Part shown: positions 14,570 through 28,099 of the stretch, piece after piece
Position numbering within the stretch: the first letter of the stretch is position 1
How the letters are laid out: every line of letters begins with the position of its first letter
Assembly (NCBI RefSeq): GCF_036321535.1
Contig: NC_087447.1
Span: 37,884,001-37,948,000 of the forward strand
Direction: 5' to 3'
Source: Camelus dromedarius
Taxonomy: Eukaryota
DNA: 64,000 nucleotides
The notes under the pieces: model-generated
Databases searched by the model: none
Told to the model about the DNA's origin: nothing
Seen by the model: the letters and a program-made list of their open reading frames with translations, nothing else
Made by a program: the position numbers and the translations under genes

Positions 14570-14785
14570 GGTCAGATGGGACATACTCTTTCTGCTCCTC
14601 CCTGCAAAAGAAATAATCCCTCTCTCGTGTGTCTCACAGACTGGTTCATATGTCAAATAAAACATGGGCAACACCTCTTTAAGGTTCAATCTGTATGTCT
14701 GTGCTATGTGTGTGGCCCTAATGGCAAGACTGTTACTTGCACCTGGCTTAGTGTCAAGCAAATAGAAGCTGTTCAGTAAGTGCTG
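14570..14785 (+). mobile_element. MIR SINE remnant
   Basis: 'ctccctgcaaaagaaataat..ctcacagactggtt..cacctggcttagtg..cagtaagtgct'. Confidence 0.45.
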
Positions 14786-15679
14786 GATGAAGTAAAATTT
14801 GTGACCTGTTATTTTGTATTAATTGTTAGAGGGTATTATTTACTAAATAGAAAAACAGATTTTCTTACCCATCCTTTAAAGGATAATGACTTTGCAAAAG
14901 ACTCAGGGTTTGAGGCTCCAGGCTGTGACATCAAACTGGTATTGGAAATGAATGAGAGGAGAAGTGATTTAACGTTGACTGGACTTCACCATTGGCTCAG
15001 ATTTTCTCCTCATTATGGTTTTTCTTGACACTAAGAATCCCATCATAAGAATGCTTGGCATCAAGTGTACCATCTAATAATTTTTATTTATTAGAATCTT
15101 TTGCAGTTTGTAATTTTTATTCACTGGTGCTTCTCAAATATTCATGTAAAGGTTGGTATGAAAATGGCAGAATGAGAAAATCCCAACTAGTAAACATTTA
15201 GTCTGTGAAGCTGCCACTGAGCTTGTACATATAATGCGAGAAGAGGAAAGTATACTTAATAGTGCCATACAGGAAACAGTTCTGAAGAGTGAGGCCCGCA
15301 GGTGATGAGGTGGGTTGGGAGGGAGAGGAGGAATCTGAGGAATCCACTTCTCTTCCAACCTGAATCAAGGCTCTCCTGTCCATTGACTGCTGTAGGATCA
15401 GATGTGCATCTTATTGATCAGATCCTAGGAAATAACGCCAGATTCCTCTTAGTGCTTTACAAAGCCCTGTAGTTACCTTATCTGCTCTCCAACCAACAGA
15501 ATAACAGAACTGTTTTGCATAGTAACCACAGTGCATGGTCTAATAGGCATACAACAGGCAAACACTCATCCATCAAACAAATATTAATATCTGTGCCACA
15601 TATGTGTTGTGAGGTTTCATGATATAATGTATATTAAGAGACTGGTCTTAATAAGTGCCCAATGCATAGTGGAAGTTAG

Positions 15680-16165
15680 GTCGGATTATTATTACCAAAT
15701 CTTCACTTCCACCCTGTAATTTATACATCTAAGCCCTTCATGATGTGATTTTTCAGTTCTCCTTTCTGGAATGGATTGTATGGTCTTGCTTCACTAACAT
15801 TGAGCTTGGCCATATGACTTTCTTTGGCCAACGGAATATGAGTGGATATAACATATGTCATGTCAGACCTAAAGCTTAAAATGTGCTTGAAAATTTTTTC
15901 CTGGCCTCTTGGAGCTTTTGCCCTCTGTCATGAGAAAAATACGTCCCAGGTGTTCAGTACTTCTTCAGCCTGGGTTCAGAAATGAACACAAGTGGAGCAT
16001 CCTAATTCAAGCCAAAGTCTGGAGTTCAGCCTGGCCAAGCAAGCTCACTTGAGATCAGCCAAACCACAACATATCTGCAAACTCACCAGTGAGAAACATA
16101 AACATGGATGGAAGCCACTGAGATTTTCGTTATTTGGCATTATTGCAGCAATGGGTGACTAATAA
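15680..16165 (+). mobile_element. MLT1 (G/H/J-like) MaLR LTR
   Basis: 'gagcttggccatatgactttctttggccaa..cagcctgggttcagaaatga..aagccactgagatttt..gcaatgggtgactaata'. Confidence 0.7.
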
Positions 16166-16392
16166 AGTGGGTACTTTTATTTTTTTATTATTATTATTAC
16201 TACTGTTATCTCTGCTCCTAGGAACATGTCAGTCTTTGGAATCCCACTGCAGCAAGGAGCAAAGAATATTACAGATGAAACTACCTAGACACACAGAATG
16301 TTTTGATACAGAAAAACTGATACTGAGAGATCAGAAATTAATTTCCCAAAGTCTCACAGCATATTCACTGACAGATATGCAACCAGCAACCA

Positions 16393-16530
16393 GTAGAGGG
16401 ACCACATATCCCAGTTTGTCCAGGATGGTCCCAGTTGCCACCATTTGCCAGCATGTAATGATTACTAGCTCTCCCTTACTCTATCAAAGTGGTCCTGATC
16501 TGAATGACTGAATTATATGGTTACCATAAC
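16393..16530. mobile_element. MER94-like hAT-Blackjack MITE
   Basis: 'tagagggaccacatatcccagtttgtccaggatggtccca..aattatatggttaccata'. Confidence 0.55.
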
Positions 16531-16699
16531 CATACTCACTGGCTAACATTCACAAAAGTTACTTTGGAAGTTGTCAGTGAAGATGATTCCAGCTTTAAGT
16601 AAAAGAAAATCCAACTCAAACTGGATTAAATGGTAAAAGGGGACTTACTAGCTCATGAGGAAGGTGGGAACACCAAAGGCTTGGTTTATTCTGACCTTT

Positions 16700-17445
16700 C
16701 TGTGCAAATATAGTATAGAATTCCCATATACCCTTCATCCAGCTTCTCAAGAAGTTAATATCTTACATAACCATGGCCCATGTATCAGAATCAAGAAATT
16801 AACATTGGTACAGAAAAAATTAATTCAACTATAGAATCTATTCAGATTTCACTAGTTTTTCCATGAATATTCTTTTCCTGTTCCAGAATACCACATTGCA
16901 TATAGTTGTCATGTATCATTCTCCTTTGATTCTCTACCAGCTTCTCAGTCTTTCCTAGTTTTTTCACGACCTTGACACTTTTAAATACACTGGTCAGATA
17001 CTTCTTACACTGCCCTCCCTGCATTTCCCCATTTAGGCTACCTGATATTTTCTCATGATTAGATAGAGTTTAGGGATCTCATGGAAGAATATACCAAAGA
17101 GAGGTGTATTTCTCATTGCATCATATCAGAGAGCTCATGATGTCAATATGTATTACTGGTGATGTTCATCTTGATCGCTTGGTTAACATAGTGTCTGCCA
17201 GGTTTCTCCTGTTACTATAGTAACTATTTTTCCCTTTCCATATTCTGCCTGTTAGATGAGAATCACTAAGTTCAGCCCACTTGAGCACTTCATGATTTTC
17301 TGACACTACGTTATGCTCCAGACTCATCTTGTATATTCCCTGCCCCAGTCCTAGAATCAGCTATTTCTCCAAGGATTCCTGCTTTATTTTACTGAAAAAC
17401 GTTATGATGAAACCATGATCTGGGTGCTTAGTGTGTGCTGCACCT
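16700..17445 (-). mobile_element. Old LINE-1 3' UTR (L1MB/L1MC-like)
   Basis: 'cccatatacccttcatccagcttc..aagaaattaacattggtaca..gtgtctgccaggtttctcc..ccccagtcctagaatcagc'. Confidence 0.75.
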
Positions 17446-18109
17446 TTTGATCAGCTTAAATGTCACAGGACGCAACTATTTTCATAGCTTTGTGATTGAT
17501 TCCCTTATCACTTTACTCCTGATCTTTCCACTGAACAAGATCCTACCTTGTATCTCTCCAACACTTCTTCACTTACTCACTCACTCATTCATTCACTCAT
17601 TATTCAATACTGAGCTCCTACCGTGTGTTAGGTACTCTTGTATTTGACACCGAGAATGCAGCTGTCCTCTTGATAGTGTATGTACACAGTTTCTGAAGAA
17701 ATATCCTGCTGAGATGAAAAAGATAGATAGGAATTAGTCAGGCAAAGGGAAAAAGGTGGAAGGTAAGGTTTTTTAAAAAATGGAAAATAAATGCATGTGC
17801 TCTCCAGAGCATGTGCCCAGAAGGACAGTTAAAGAATCAGGACAGTTGTTGTTTTTTAATTCTACTATTAATTAGATAACATCATTTTATATTGAGAGTA
17901 GCCCTACTCCCTCACCAGTTGTTCTCAATTTGAAAGAGTGAGTAGGGAATACATAAAATCTCTGACTACATGATAATGCTATATAAAATACACTAATGAC
18001 CAAAAGAATGAAACACCAAAACAAATAAGAAACACTAACCAACTATGTTTCCTAGAGCAACTCTGTTAATTTAAATCAATTAATATAGAAAGAGTAACCA
18101 CTATGTGAT

Positions 18110-18850
18110 TTGTTTACAATGCCGAGTGCTGGGAATGGAGAAGCAAACAAGAAAGTCATGGCCCTGCCTTCAAGCAGCTTCAGTCTGGTGTGATGAGCAC
18201 TATAGAAGGAAAGTGTATGGAGCTATAGGGCACATAGTGAGGGATTTAACCACCTTGGTGGTCAGAAAAGCGTCCTAGAGGAAATGGCACTAATGCTGAG
18301 GCTTGAAGGAAGAGCAGGAACTAGTGAAGAGAGGAAAGATCTGGGAGCCAGATGTGCTACTTCTTGTGATCATTCTAAACCCCAAAGAACTCATCTATTA
18401 TCATAGTTTTATGATGAATTCCATAAACCCTCTGTCTACTCAATCTGTCCACTGAACAGATTTCTACCCTGACTCTCTTCAATATCCCTTCATTCATTCA
18501 TTCACTCACTCATTCAATGTTTATTGAAAAGAGAGGAAGGAAAAGCATTCTGGATTTGAGAACAGCTTGTGAAAGGCCAGGAAGAAAAAGGGCATGGTGT
18601 ATGCTTAAGGAACTGAAGGAAATGCATTATATCAAGAGAGAAAAGATCGGAGAAAGAGAGGTAAGAAATGAGACTGGAGACTTGGGAAAACACCAGGTCC
18701 CACAGCTCCTTCAAAGTCAGTTGAGGGTTTTGGGCATTAATCCAAGTGCAGTGGAGAGCCATGGAAGGTTGCTAAGCCAACGAGTGACCCGACTGGGTGA
18801 CTTGGCTGCAGTGGGGAGTACAGATTGGAAGAGAGTAAAGCATTAACCTA
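18110..18850 (-). mobile_element. LINE-2 fragments
   Basis: 'cattcattcattca..aatgtttattga', 'ggaactgaagga', 'gcagtggagagccatggaagg'. Confidence 0.55.
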
Positions 18851-20879
18851 TGCAAGGCTTAGTAAGATTAGTTTTCTTCCTGCCCTACAGAATTGGGGTG
18901 AGGAATACACAAGGGAACACATACAAATTCCCTGGAATGATGTTTGCCGTATGATGAGCAATCAGAAAATTTTAATACCTTCTTTAGTCCACAATGTTAA
19001 TTCTTTTTCAAATACTCTCATTTTTCTCTTTATTCCCATAACCATATGGGGGGGAGATTAATCATTTAAACTTTTTTTGCAGCAATTAAAATTGATTACT
19101 GAGCTAAACACAGTGAACAAATATGAATAGCACCTGGGTTCTTCCTTAAGACATATTTATAACAAGCCATAACATGATGTGACATGAACTACACTTATGA
19201 CATGAGCCAAAGCTCAGAATGGTATCCTTCACCTCTCTGTCCTTAATGGCAAGCAAAATGTGTGGCACAGTGGACATCAACACAGATTTATTGACCAGAT
19301 GAATGCATACTCTGGAAGCTCAGAGGATGAAGCAGGAGGCTTGGGTGCACTGTAAATTCAATCTCGAAGAATTTAATACAAGCTCATTAACGACTATGGC
19401 TTTCTTACATATTTTGTTGATGAACGTTTGGAATGATTGTTAGTATGCTTTCTGGTTTTTTTTTAATGCAAGTTTTTCTGAATGATTAGTCACATTTTCA
19501 AATCAAAACTTTCCTATCATGAAACACTGTGTAATAACATGAAAACATCAAATCTATACTGAGATGCTTGGTTTGATAATGTTAAATTCCTAATTATATT
19601 TGTTATTTTCATCTGAGTCCCAGAAAATATGAGGCAAATTTCATTCTGTTGTTGACTTTTTCTACCACCTACCTGCACGCTGGCGACCTAACCTAATCCC
19701 TAGCTGACGTGTGTTTACATAATCAAAGTAATTTTATTCTTAGTCTGAGCAATACACCACTGAACTTGTATAAAACTCCTATAATGTCAGTAAAGTAAAT
19801 GACTGTGGAGTCTTAACTAACACAGTTTCCTCTAAGTAATATATGTAGTTCTCCCAGTGTCTGTGCTAATGTATTTTATTTCTGAGGCAAGCTGAAAAAT
19901 GAGATGACTAATCATAATGGCTTTGGGAACACTGAGCATTATTGTGGGAAAGTTAAAAGCTAAAGCTGTTTCATTCCTGTGTCTGTAGTTCTTCAGAGTC
20001 TTCTGGTGGAACTGACCTTGGTCAAATTGCTTACTTTTCCTGATAGAATTTTAACTATTCCAGATGAAAGTCATGACTATCTATTTTCAATGCATTAGAG
20101 GCTGAGTCGGTGGCTCCATGAGTGACAGCTCCATGAGTGACATGTATGATCTCCGAGGGAGGACAAATGCATTTCGAACACCTACACATGCCCCTCAGGG
20201 AATAAATCGTTTTAAAGAAAACTTGAAAACTAATTCTAATACTGTTAGCAAAACTGTACTGTTTTTATGGCATTTGAAAGTACTTTTATTATAAAACCCA
20301 AAATCAAACTAAGAAATTTAAAAGTACAGAGAATGTGGAAAGGGAAATAGAAGCTCCTATTTCCCAATTCAATTTCACAATCCCATACCCCCAGAAGTTG
20401 TCATTGTTAACCATTTCTTGTTAATTTCTCCTTCCAGAAATGTTCTGCCTTATAGAACTATGTAAGTGAAGTATGTTATATATTTTAACACAAATAGGAT
20501 CATCCTATATACAATTTTGCAATTTTCATTTTTCAGTTAAAATTAAGTCAGTACATTTAGATCCTTATCTTCTTTTTAGTGCCTGTAAAGCATTACATAT
20601 ATAGATGTACCATAGTTTATTTTACCTACTAACAAGCATTTATATTGTTTCTTTTTTTCTTGCTATTAGCAATAACACTGTAATGAATACCTTTCAACAT
20701 CATTTTCCCAAACCTAAGCAAATATACCCATTCTAGAAATTCCAAGCAGGACGCCTAACAGTTTTGAATAACATTCTTCAGTTGAAATGGAGTCCAAATA
20801 CTCCATTATAACAACCCACAGGGTAATTTTAGAAATGGTGATCTGGAATTGATATAATCATGTGGTATTGAATTAGGCA

Positions 20880-21362
20880 ATGTTCTAGAAATCTATTGCT
20901 ACATAACAAACTACTCCAAAACTTACTGGCTTAAAACAAAAATGCTCATTTATTTAGCTCAGAAATCCGTAACTTGTTCAGAGCTGGGCAGGAAGAGTTG
21001 TGTCCGCTCCACACAGCGTTAGGTGGGCATGGCTTGACTGAGGGCTAGAAGACCCACTCAAGATGACTCACTCAGCTGGTTGGAGCTGGTTTTCAGTTTG
21101 AAGCTCAGGTGGGCCTGAGGGATGGGAACTCTCATTTTCTCTCTAACATAGGGACAGAGCTGGGTGAAAGCTGTTGCTTTTTATAGCCTAGTCTCAGAAG
21201 TCTCGTAGTGTCCCATCTGCTGTACTATATTCATTGAACTAGTCATAAAAGTCCTTCCAGGTCTAAGAGGACATTTGATGGAAGTGTGGTAAGGTTCTCA
21301 AAAAAGCTGGTGTGTTGTAAAATATTATTACAGCCACTGCTGGAAAATACAATTTGCCACAG
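20880..21362 (-). mobile_element. MLT1-type MaLR LTR
   Basis: 'ctattgctacataacaaactactccaaaactta.tggcttaaaacaa..ggaaaatacaatttgccaca'. Confidence 0.7.
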
Positions 21363-22294
21363 TCAAAAATACAACTTTTTCAACTCTAGATAGACAAATA
21401 GTTCAAAATATTACATGTTTATTTTTGGAACAAGGACATCCAAGTATTATTGTTTTCCTTTTTCCTTTGATTCTGAAAAAATCTTTTACTAGAATAATCA
21501 GTTTGTTCCTTTCTGGATATATACTACTCACGGTAGTCCCAAATATGACAAAAAACTGTAGTAGCTGCATGATCACCAACTTTTCTTTAACTGATGAGAA
21601 ACAATTTATTTTGTTTTTCCATTCCCCTTTATATAGCATAGCACCTAATTATTATTATTATTATTATTTCATATGTAATATTGTATCTTCACTTGACTGA
21701 TAAGAAAATCTAGATGTGAAAAGGTGAAGCAACTTTTCTAAAATCACATTAGTGGTACAGCTGGGAATGAACCTTGGTCTTTGTACTAAGCCTAGCTTCT
21801 CACTGTTAACTAAACTTTCTAAAGCATTGGGTCAAAAGTTTTGTTATATCAGGCTTATCAGTAGGAAAATCTTGAGTTATGGCTCAATCCAGGAAGCTGT
21901 CATACCCTCCTCAAAAACTATATTCTTGGCTCTTTCATGCTAGGGATGTGTGTTACACTCAGATTTGCATTTGAATAAAACAATGTCTGTTGTTCTGTCT
22001 GAGAGAATGTTTGAACTAACTGAACAAAACAGGATATAGAGCCAATGTCGGGAGAACTAAACTGTTATGTTGCCTCTTCTCCATTCTTCTCCCAGCTCAA
22101 CTTCCTGGTTCTATGATATAACACACTCTGATTAAATGCCATATTAAGATAAGGAGTTAGTAGATAAAAAGCAACCACAGAATTCCTGCCAGTAGGTAAA
22201 AGAAACCACAGAAAGCTTCTTGCAGGAAGCTGATCTTGACCGGTGAGATGAAAGAAAGGAAAGATCTATTGTGAAGACTCTGACAGTTTATAGT

Positions 22295-22475
22295 TAGTTC
22301 CCCAAACTGGTTGTGCATCAAAATCAATTGGGGAGCTTAGTAACTACTCAATACTCCTCCTGACTCATGGAGATTCAGATTTAGTTGGCATGGAGTGGGG
22401 CCTGGGAATACCATGTATCACATCAGATGAAGCTGATGTAATAAGCCTTCAGATCTCTTTTGAAAAGACAAGGTT
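22295..22475. mobile_element. MER5-type hAT MITE
   Basis: 'agttccccaaactggttgtgcatcaaaatca..gagattcagatttagttggcatggagtggggcctgggaat'. Confidence 0.6.
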
Positions 22476-23284
22476 AGCACACTATTCAGGCTTTTTTTTT
22501 TTTAACCTTCAATCTTGAGCTTTTTTTTTTTTTTTTAAAGTTTTGATATCTTTCTCTCTTGTCATCATTTTTCCCCCCCCGGGTTCTTTTTTTAAAAATA
22601 CATACAAGTTATTGTCTGTTCTTTAATAGAAGTCAAGATTCTGATTCATTCTTTAGAAATTATCATATTAAGTTATTGTAATATCTTTTAAGCTTAATAT
22701 GATGAAATTCTATTTTTGATGTTTTTGTTGGAAATGAAAATGGATAAGCCTCCTAGAGTATAGGATTTGGGGCTACTTGATATATTAATACTTATATTTT
22801 CTTTATATATGAAAGTTCATTGCCACCAAACTACACCAGTAGGATTTGTTGAACCTTTCTTTTTTGTATAGAAATGACTGCCTCCTGGAATCAATGTTTG
22901 GTACAACTTTGAAAACTGGATGGAGCATCCAGTGACTTACCAAAAGAATGATTTCTCCAAGGAGTGGAGTTACTATTTGGTATTCATCAAAACTCCCTAG
23001 AAGCATCTAGAAGGCTTTTAGACCCTTCCTTCTCCATTTCTCCAGTCCAACAGTACACCAAGCAGTGTTCCCCACAGCTGTATTGAGGATTTTTATATTG
23101 GGCCTCTTGTATTCTTCAATCTCAACAGGAAATTCATTTGTTCATTCAACAGCCTTTTTGAACATATACCATATTCTAGGCACTAGAGATAGAAAGGTTA
23201 ATAAGATAAACACCATTCTTGCTTTAATGGTGCTTACAGTCTGATGTAAAAGAAAACAGATGATTATATAATCTGGTATAATAA

Positions 23285-23322
23285 CTTGATTGGGCAAATT
23301 TCTACCACAGCAACAGAATAAG

Positions 23323-23403
<81 letters not shown>

Positions 23404-23768
23404 GAAAGAGAGAGAGATTCATTACAAGGAATTGGCTTACACAATTGTAGGGCCAGGCAGGAAAGTCTGAAATCAACTGGACATACCATCAGGAAAGAAA
23501 GCCTGGAAATTCTCAGGCAGGAGGTGATGCTCTAGTTCACAGGGGGAATTTCCTACTCCTCGAGGAACTTTAGTATTGCCCTCAAGTCTTTTCAACTACT
23601 TGAATCAAGCCCATCCGGATTATGGAGAATAATCTCCTTTACATAAAGTCAACTGATTGTAGATGTTGATCACACCTACAAAACACCATCATAGCAACAC
23701 TTAGATGAGTGTCTGATTGAATAGGGTCGTATATCTTAGCCCAGGTGACACATAAAACTGATCATCAG
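23285..23768 (-). mobile_element. MLT2 (ERVL) solo LTR
   Basis: 'aaggaattggcttacacaattgt..aaagtcaactgattgtagatgtt..tgacacataaaactgatcatca'. Confidence 0.85.
23325..23400. repeat. Perfect (AT)38 microsatellite inside the MLT2 LTR
   Basis: Uninterrupted AT run at 23325-23400. Confidence 0.95.
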
Positions 23769-26398
23769 AGTAATGTTTGGAAACTGCTATGGTATAGAAA
23801 GAATAAAATGCCATGGGAATCTACTTTAGTCTAAGAAGAGTCAGGTATTTCCTGAAAGAGATGACAATTAACATAAGACTTTAAGGATAAGTAGGAACAA
23901 GCAAGGTGGATAGAGAATATATTCTGGAATGAGGAAATAGTGTAAAGCAAAGGCCAGAGAGAAAGCACTAAAATTTCTTCTTATCAGTTTTTTTTCTGGC
24001 TTCCTTCTTTCAGAATACCTACAAGGTGATGGCAATTCTTCAACAGGAACCAAGAATTTATTCTTTGTTTTGTAATCATTATGTAAACTCATTGTAATGT
24101 CCTTAGTGATGAATCAGATGAAACTCTATTTTCATGTTTTAATTAGCATTTTTAATTACCAGTGGGATGAAGCACATTTTCATATGTTGATTTGACATTC
24201 AGGCTTCTTCCTCTATAGATTGCCTGCTTTTAACTTTTGCGTATTACTCTACTGGGTAGTTTTCTTTTCCTGATTGACTACATATGATTTGGATATTACT
24301 AGAAATCCTTTGTCTTTTCTGCACTGCAGATATACCTCCAGAGGACAGCAGTCCAAACTGGGAGGTTTGTTTGTAGGTGAGGGCCAGGGGACCTCGTTAA
24401 GTCAGAGAGTGCTGGAGTGACCTCAATTTTGGGCTCAAGTCTCACTTCTAGGACAGCCCCCATATAGAGCAGGAAAAACAGGGACAAAGGAAAGAAAGGG
24501 GAAAGGAGACAGCCCATCTTACAAAGCACAGTATTTTTTCACAATTCAGAATTAATGACAGAAAAGGGAGCTCTAAAATCCTGAAGCTAGGAAATCTACA
24601 CTGACCATCCCCTCTTCTAGTACAGGCAAACTCATTTCACTGAAATACAAGTAATATGAAAGAAAAGTAGTCAGACCCATTAAAAATTATTATCAGAAAA
24701 ATAGGAAAACTAGGATCAGAATAACATTCTTTCAAGCAATGAAAAAAAGCCAGAATGACATGTCCACAAAATAAAGGAAAACTATATTCTACTATTTAAA
24801 ACAAACAAGATAAAAGAAATTAAGAAAGTGAGAGAAGTCATAAAACAACTTAAATTAGAATTTTTAAAACTCAGAAACAGTATTATTGGAGAAAAGAAAA
24901 GAAAAACATTTGAAATTGGAACTTTAAAAACCAAGGAATGTATTAGAAATTTTAAAATATATATATTTTAGAAATAAAGACTAAACTAGAAGTAATAGAT
25001 TAGTGAATAAAACAACATAAATAGTACATAAAGAGAAACAGAAAAATGGAAAGGAGAGATATTTTTCATTAAAAAAAATTAAAGAGAAAATGATACAGAA
25101 CATTAACAAACTGTGTGTGTATATGTACGTTTATGTGCATGTGTATAAATTCCCAAAGAAGAAAACCAAAGTAACTGAGCAGAATAGAACAAATACTAAA
25201 AAATAATCATTGAAGAAAACCATTCTGAAATAAAAGGTAACTCAAAATTACATATTGAAAAGATACACTTCATACTCTGGAGAATCAACTGAGAATGACT
25301 GACACCAAAGCATTCTGCAGTAAAATAATTAGAATTCCAAGAAAAAGAGATATGCATTAAAAATAGATATTCAATAACAAAAATTTTAAAGCCTCTTTCA
25401 GCTAGAAAGTTTTAAATTATGCTATCAAGCAACACTTGTATTATTAAAGCAGAAATACAAGTATAATGAGAGAATCTTTTGGAAGAATATTAGTGAAAAC
25501 AACATTTCAGAATCTGTGGGATACAGCTATTGTAGTTATCAGAGTGAAGTTAGAGCATGAAATATCTATATCAATTCAACTATAAATGTGACTTCATGAC
25601 AACACATTAGAAATTGTAGCCAATTCAATTATATAAAAGGAAGCAATCAGAGGATTAGGAATTATAGAGAAAGAGATAAACCTATCTCTTTTTGCATAAA
25701 ATAAGATTAAGTATCTGGAAACCCAAAAGAACAAAAGGACTATGCTTTAATAAAATAACAAATTAATTGTAAAGTCAGTGTTCAAAACCAATAATTTCCA
25801 TGGTAGTTTGAACAAAAGATAGTTAAAAGATACAATGGATGAGGAAAAAAAATCCATCTAAAATAGCAAAAGAAAAAAGAAAGAGAGAAAGAATAAAAAT
25901 AAAAATAAAATAAAATACTTAGAACAAGAAACTGCCACAGCCTCAATGTGTAAAATAATAAGACACTTGAAAGTCACAACATAGGTTTGAACAAATGAAA
26001 ATTTTCCTTCCTTCTTAAGTTGAAAGACTTAATATTAAATCAATGTCAGTTTTCCCTAAATTAATTTATAAATTTCCAATTAAAAATGTCAACATCTATT
26101 TTTACAAGTTAGACAAGTTCATTATAAAGATAATTTGGAAGAACCAAGAAATAACAAAAATCAGAAAAGCCCTACAAAAGAAGAACAATAAGCAGAGGCT
26201 GGTCCTATCAGATATAAAAACACTTAAAAGCCTCTGTAATAGTAAGTGTAGTACTGGTGCATGGATAGTCAGACAGTCTAATGATTTAAAATAGAAAGTA
26301 CAAAAATAGAGCCAATAGCATATGGTAATTTGTGTGATAAAGGCAGTAATTCAAATAAGTAGGGAAAAGATAGATTTTTTTTCAAATGTGGTATGGAG

Positions 26399-27006
26399 GG
26401 GGAGGGTATAGCTGAGTGGTAGAGTACACGCCTAGCATGCACAGGGTCCTATGTTCAATTCCCAGTACCTCCATCAAAATAAATAAATAAACCTATGGAC
26501 CTGGGGATTGTCATTCCAAGTGAAGTAAGCCAGAAAGAGAAAGAAAAATACCATATGATATCACTCATATATGGAATCTAAAAAAAAAAAAAAAAAAAAA
26601 AAGGCAAACGAACTTATTATAAAACAGAAACAGACTCACAGACATAGACCACAAACTTATGGTTACCAGAGGGCAAAGGGGGTGAGAAGGGATAAATTGG
26701 GAGTTTGAGATTTACAAATACTAACTAGTGTATATATAAAGTAGATAGTATATATAAAATATATAAAACAGATAAACTGTATAGCACAGGGAACTATATT
26801 CAGTATCTTACAGTAACTTATGGTGAAAAAGAATATTAAAACAAATTATGTATGTTCATGTATGACTGAAACATTATATTGTACACCAGAAATTGACACA
26901 ACATTGTAAACTGACTACACTTCAATAAAAATATATATACAAAAATAAATAAATAAATAAACTTAACTACCTCCCCCAAAACAAATAAATAAAATTTTTA
27001 GAAATA
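26399..27006 (+). mobile_element. Camelid tRNA-Ala-derived SINE (vic-1 type), interrupted by an L1 fragment
   Basis: Head 'ggggagggtatagctgagtggtagagtacacgcctagcatgcacagggtcctatgttcaattcccagtacctcc' with A/B boxes; tail resumes 'aactacctcccccaaaac'. TSD aaatgtggtat(g/t)gag at 26384-26398 and 27007-27021. Confidence 0.85.
26495..26946 (+). mobile_element. Young camelid LINE-1 3' fragment inserted into the SINE tail
   Basis: 'atggacctggggattgtcatt..aagtgaagtaagccagaaagagaaag..ctgactacacttcaataaaa', flanked by aaataaataaataaac(c/t)t duplicates. Confidence 0.88.
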
Positions 27007-28099
27007 AAATGTGGTATTGAGATAACTAGATAGTTAATAGAAAATGATAAAATTGGAGCCATTTCTCACACCGTAAACTCCCAATGGATAAAATGTCTAA
27101 ATAGAAAAGACAACACCATAGAAGCACTAGAGGAAAGCTGAGGAGAATTCCTCTATATCTGCAAGTATAAAAAACTTTTCTTACTGTGACTAAAAATTCA
27201 GAAACAATGAGAAAGGACTGAGATAATTGATCTCATATAAATAAAACTTCTGCAAGAGAAAGAAAAAAACATGAAAACAAGGCTTTAAAAAGCCAGAAAA
27301 CTAGGGAAAAGGCTATAACATATCACAGATAAAGGGTTGATATCCTTAATGTATAGAGAGTTTTTAAAAATAAAGAAGAAAACCAACAATGTTAGAGAAG
27401 AATAGGTTGAAAGACAATTCTCAGAGAAAGAAATGCAAATGGACCCTGACAGATGAAAAGGTTTCTAGCCTGATTCATAACAAGAAAAAAAGGTACAAAT
27501 TAAAATCTATTGAGATAACATTGTTCTCCTATCAGATGAGTAAAATTTCAAAGTCTGATAGCAGGATCTGTGGTCTAAGCTGAGCAGAACAGGCACTCAT
27601 TCACTGCTGGGAAAGATTCCTAGCCTTCAAAGAATGAACTATTTAACACACACAACAAAACTGATGAATCTGAAAAAAATATTATACTGAGTAAAAGATG
27701 CAAGACATGAAAAAGTACATCTTGTATGACTCCATTTATATAAAATACTAAAACTGGCAAAACAAAGCCAGTTTGGTAAAAGAAACTAGATCAATGTTTG
27801 ACAGGGATTGGGGATTAAGTGCAAAAGAGCACAATTAGGGTTAAGAAAGTAATCTGTATCTTGATGGTGGTGGTGGTTATTTTTGTCAAAACTTGTCAAA
27901 CTATAAAGTGCATTTAATTTTATATAAAGTATACATCAATAAAGTTAATATTTTTAGATGGAAAACTATTAGGAGAGTAAAACAGAATAAAGAAAGGAAG
28001 GGAAGGGGAAGGGAGGGGAAAAGGGAGGGAAGATGGAAAAGAAACAAACAAACTTGGTTCATATAAAACAAAACAAGAAAAAAAGGAAAAAGAAACAAA

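Larger units (their letters stand above)
24560..27960 (+). mobile_element. Degenerate old LINE-1 (ORF1/ORF2 remnants and 3' part), host of the nested SINE/L1
   Basis: A-rich + strand with ORF2-like remnants (MSVFPKLIYKF..DKFIIKIIWKN; 'gataaagggttgatatccttaat'). Confidence 0.7.

Noticed and set aside
22941..23006. Possible minus-strand exon with a strong donor TTG|GTAAGT
   Set aside because: Weak acceptor, no recognisable protein similarity and no partner exons; a consensus donor is expected by chance in 64 kb.
23264..23535. ORFs with (YI)n repeats
   Set aside because: Translation of the (AT)38 microsatellite.
26399..26472. tRNA-Ala-like gene
   Set aside because: Diverged stems, an A-rich tail and a flanking TSD identify a tRNA-derived SINE, not a tRNA gene. 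The same applies to 55834-55931.
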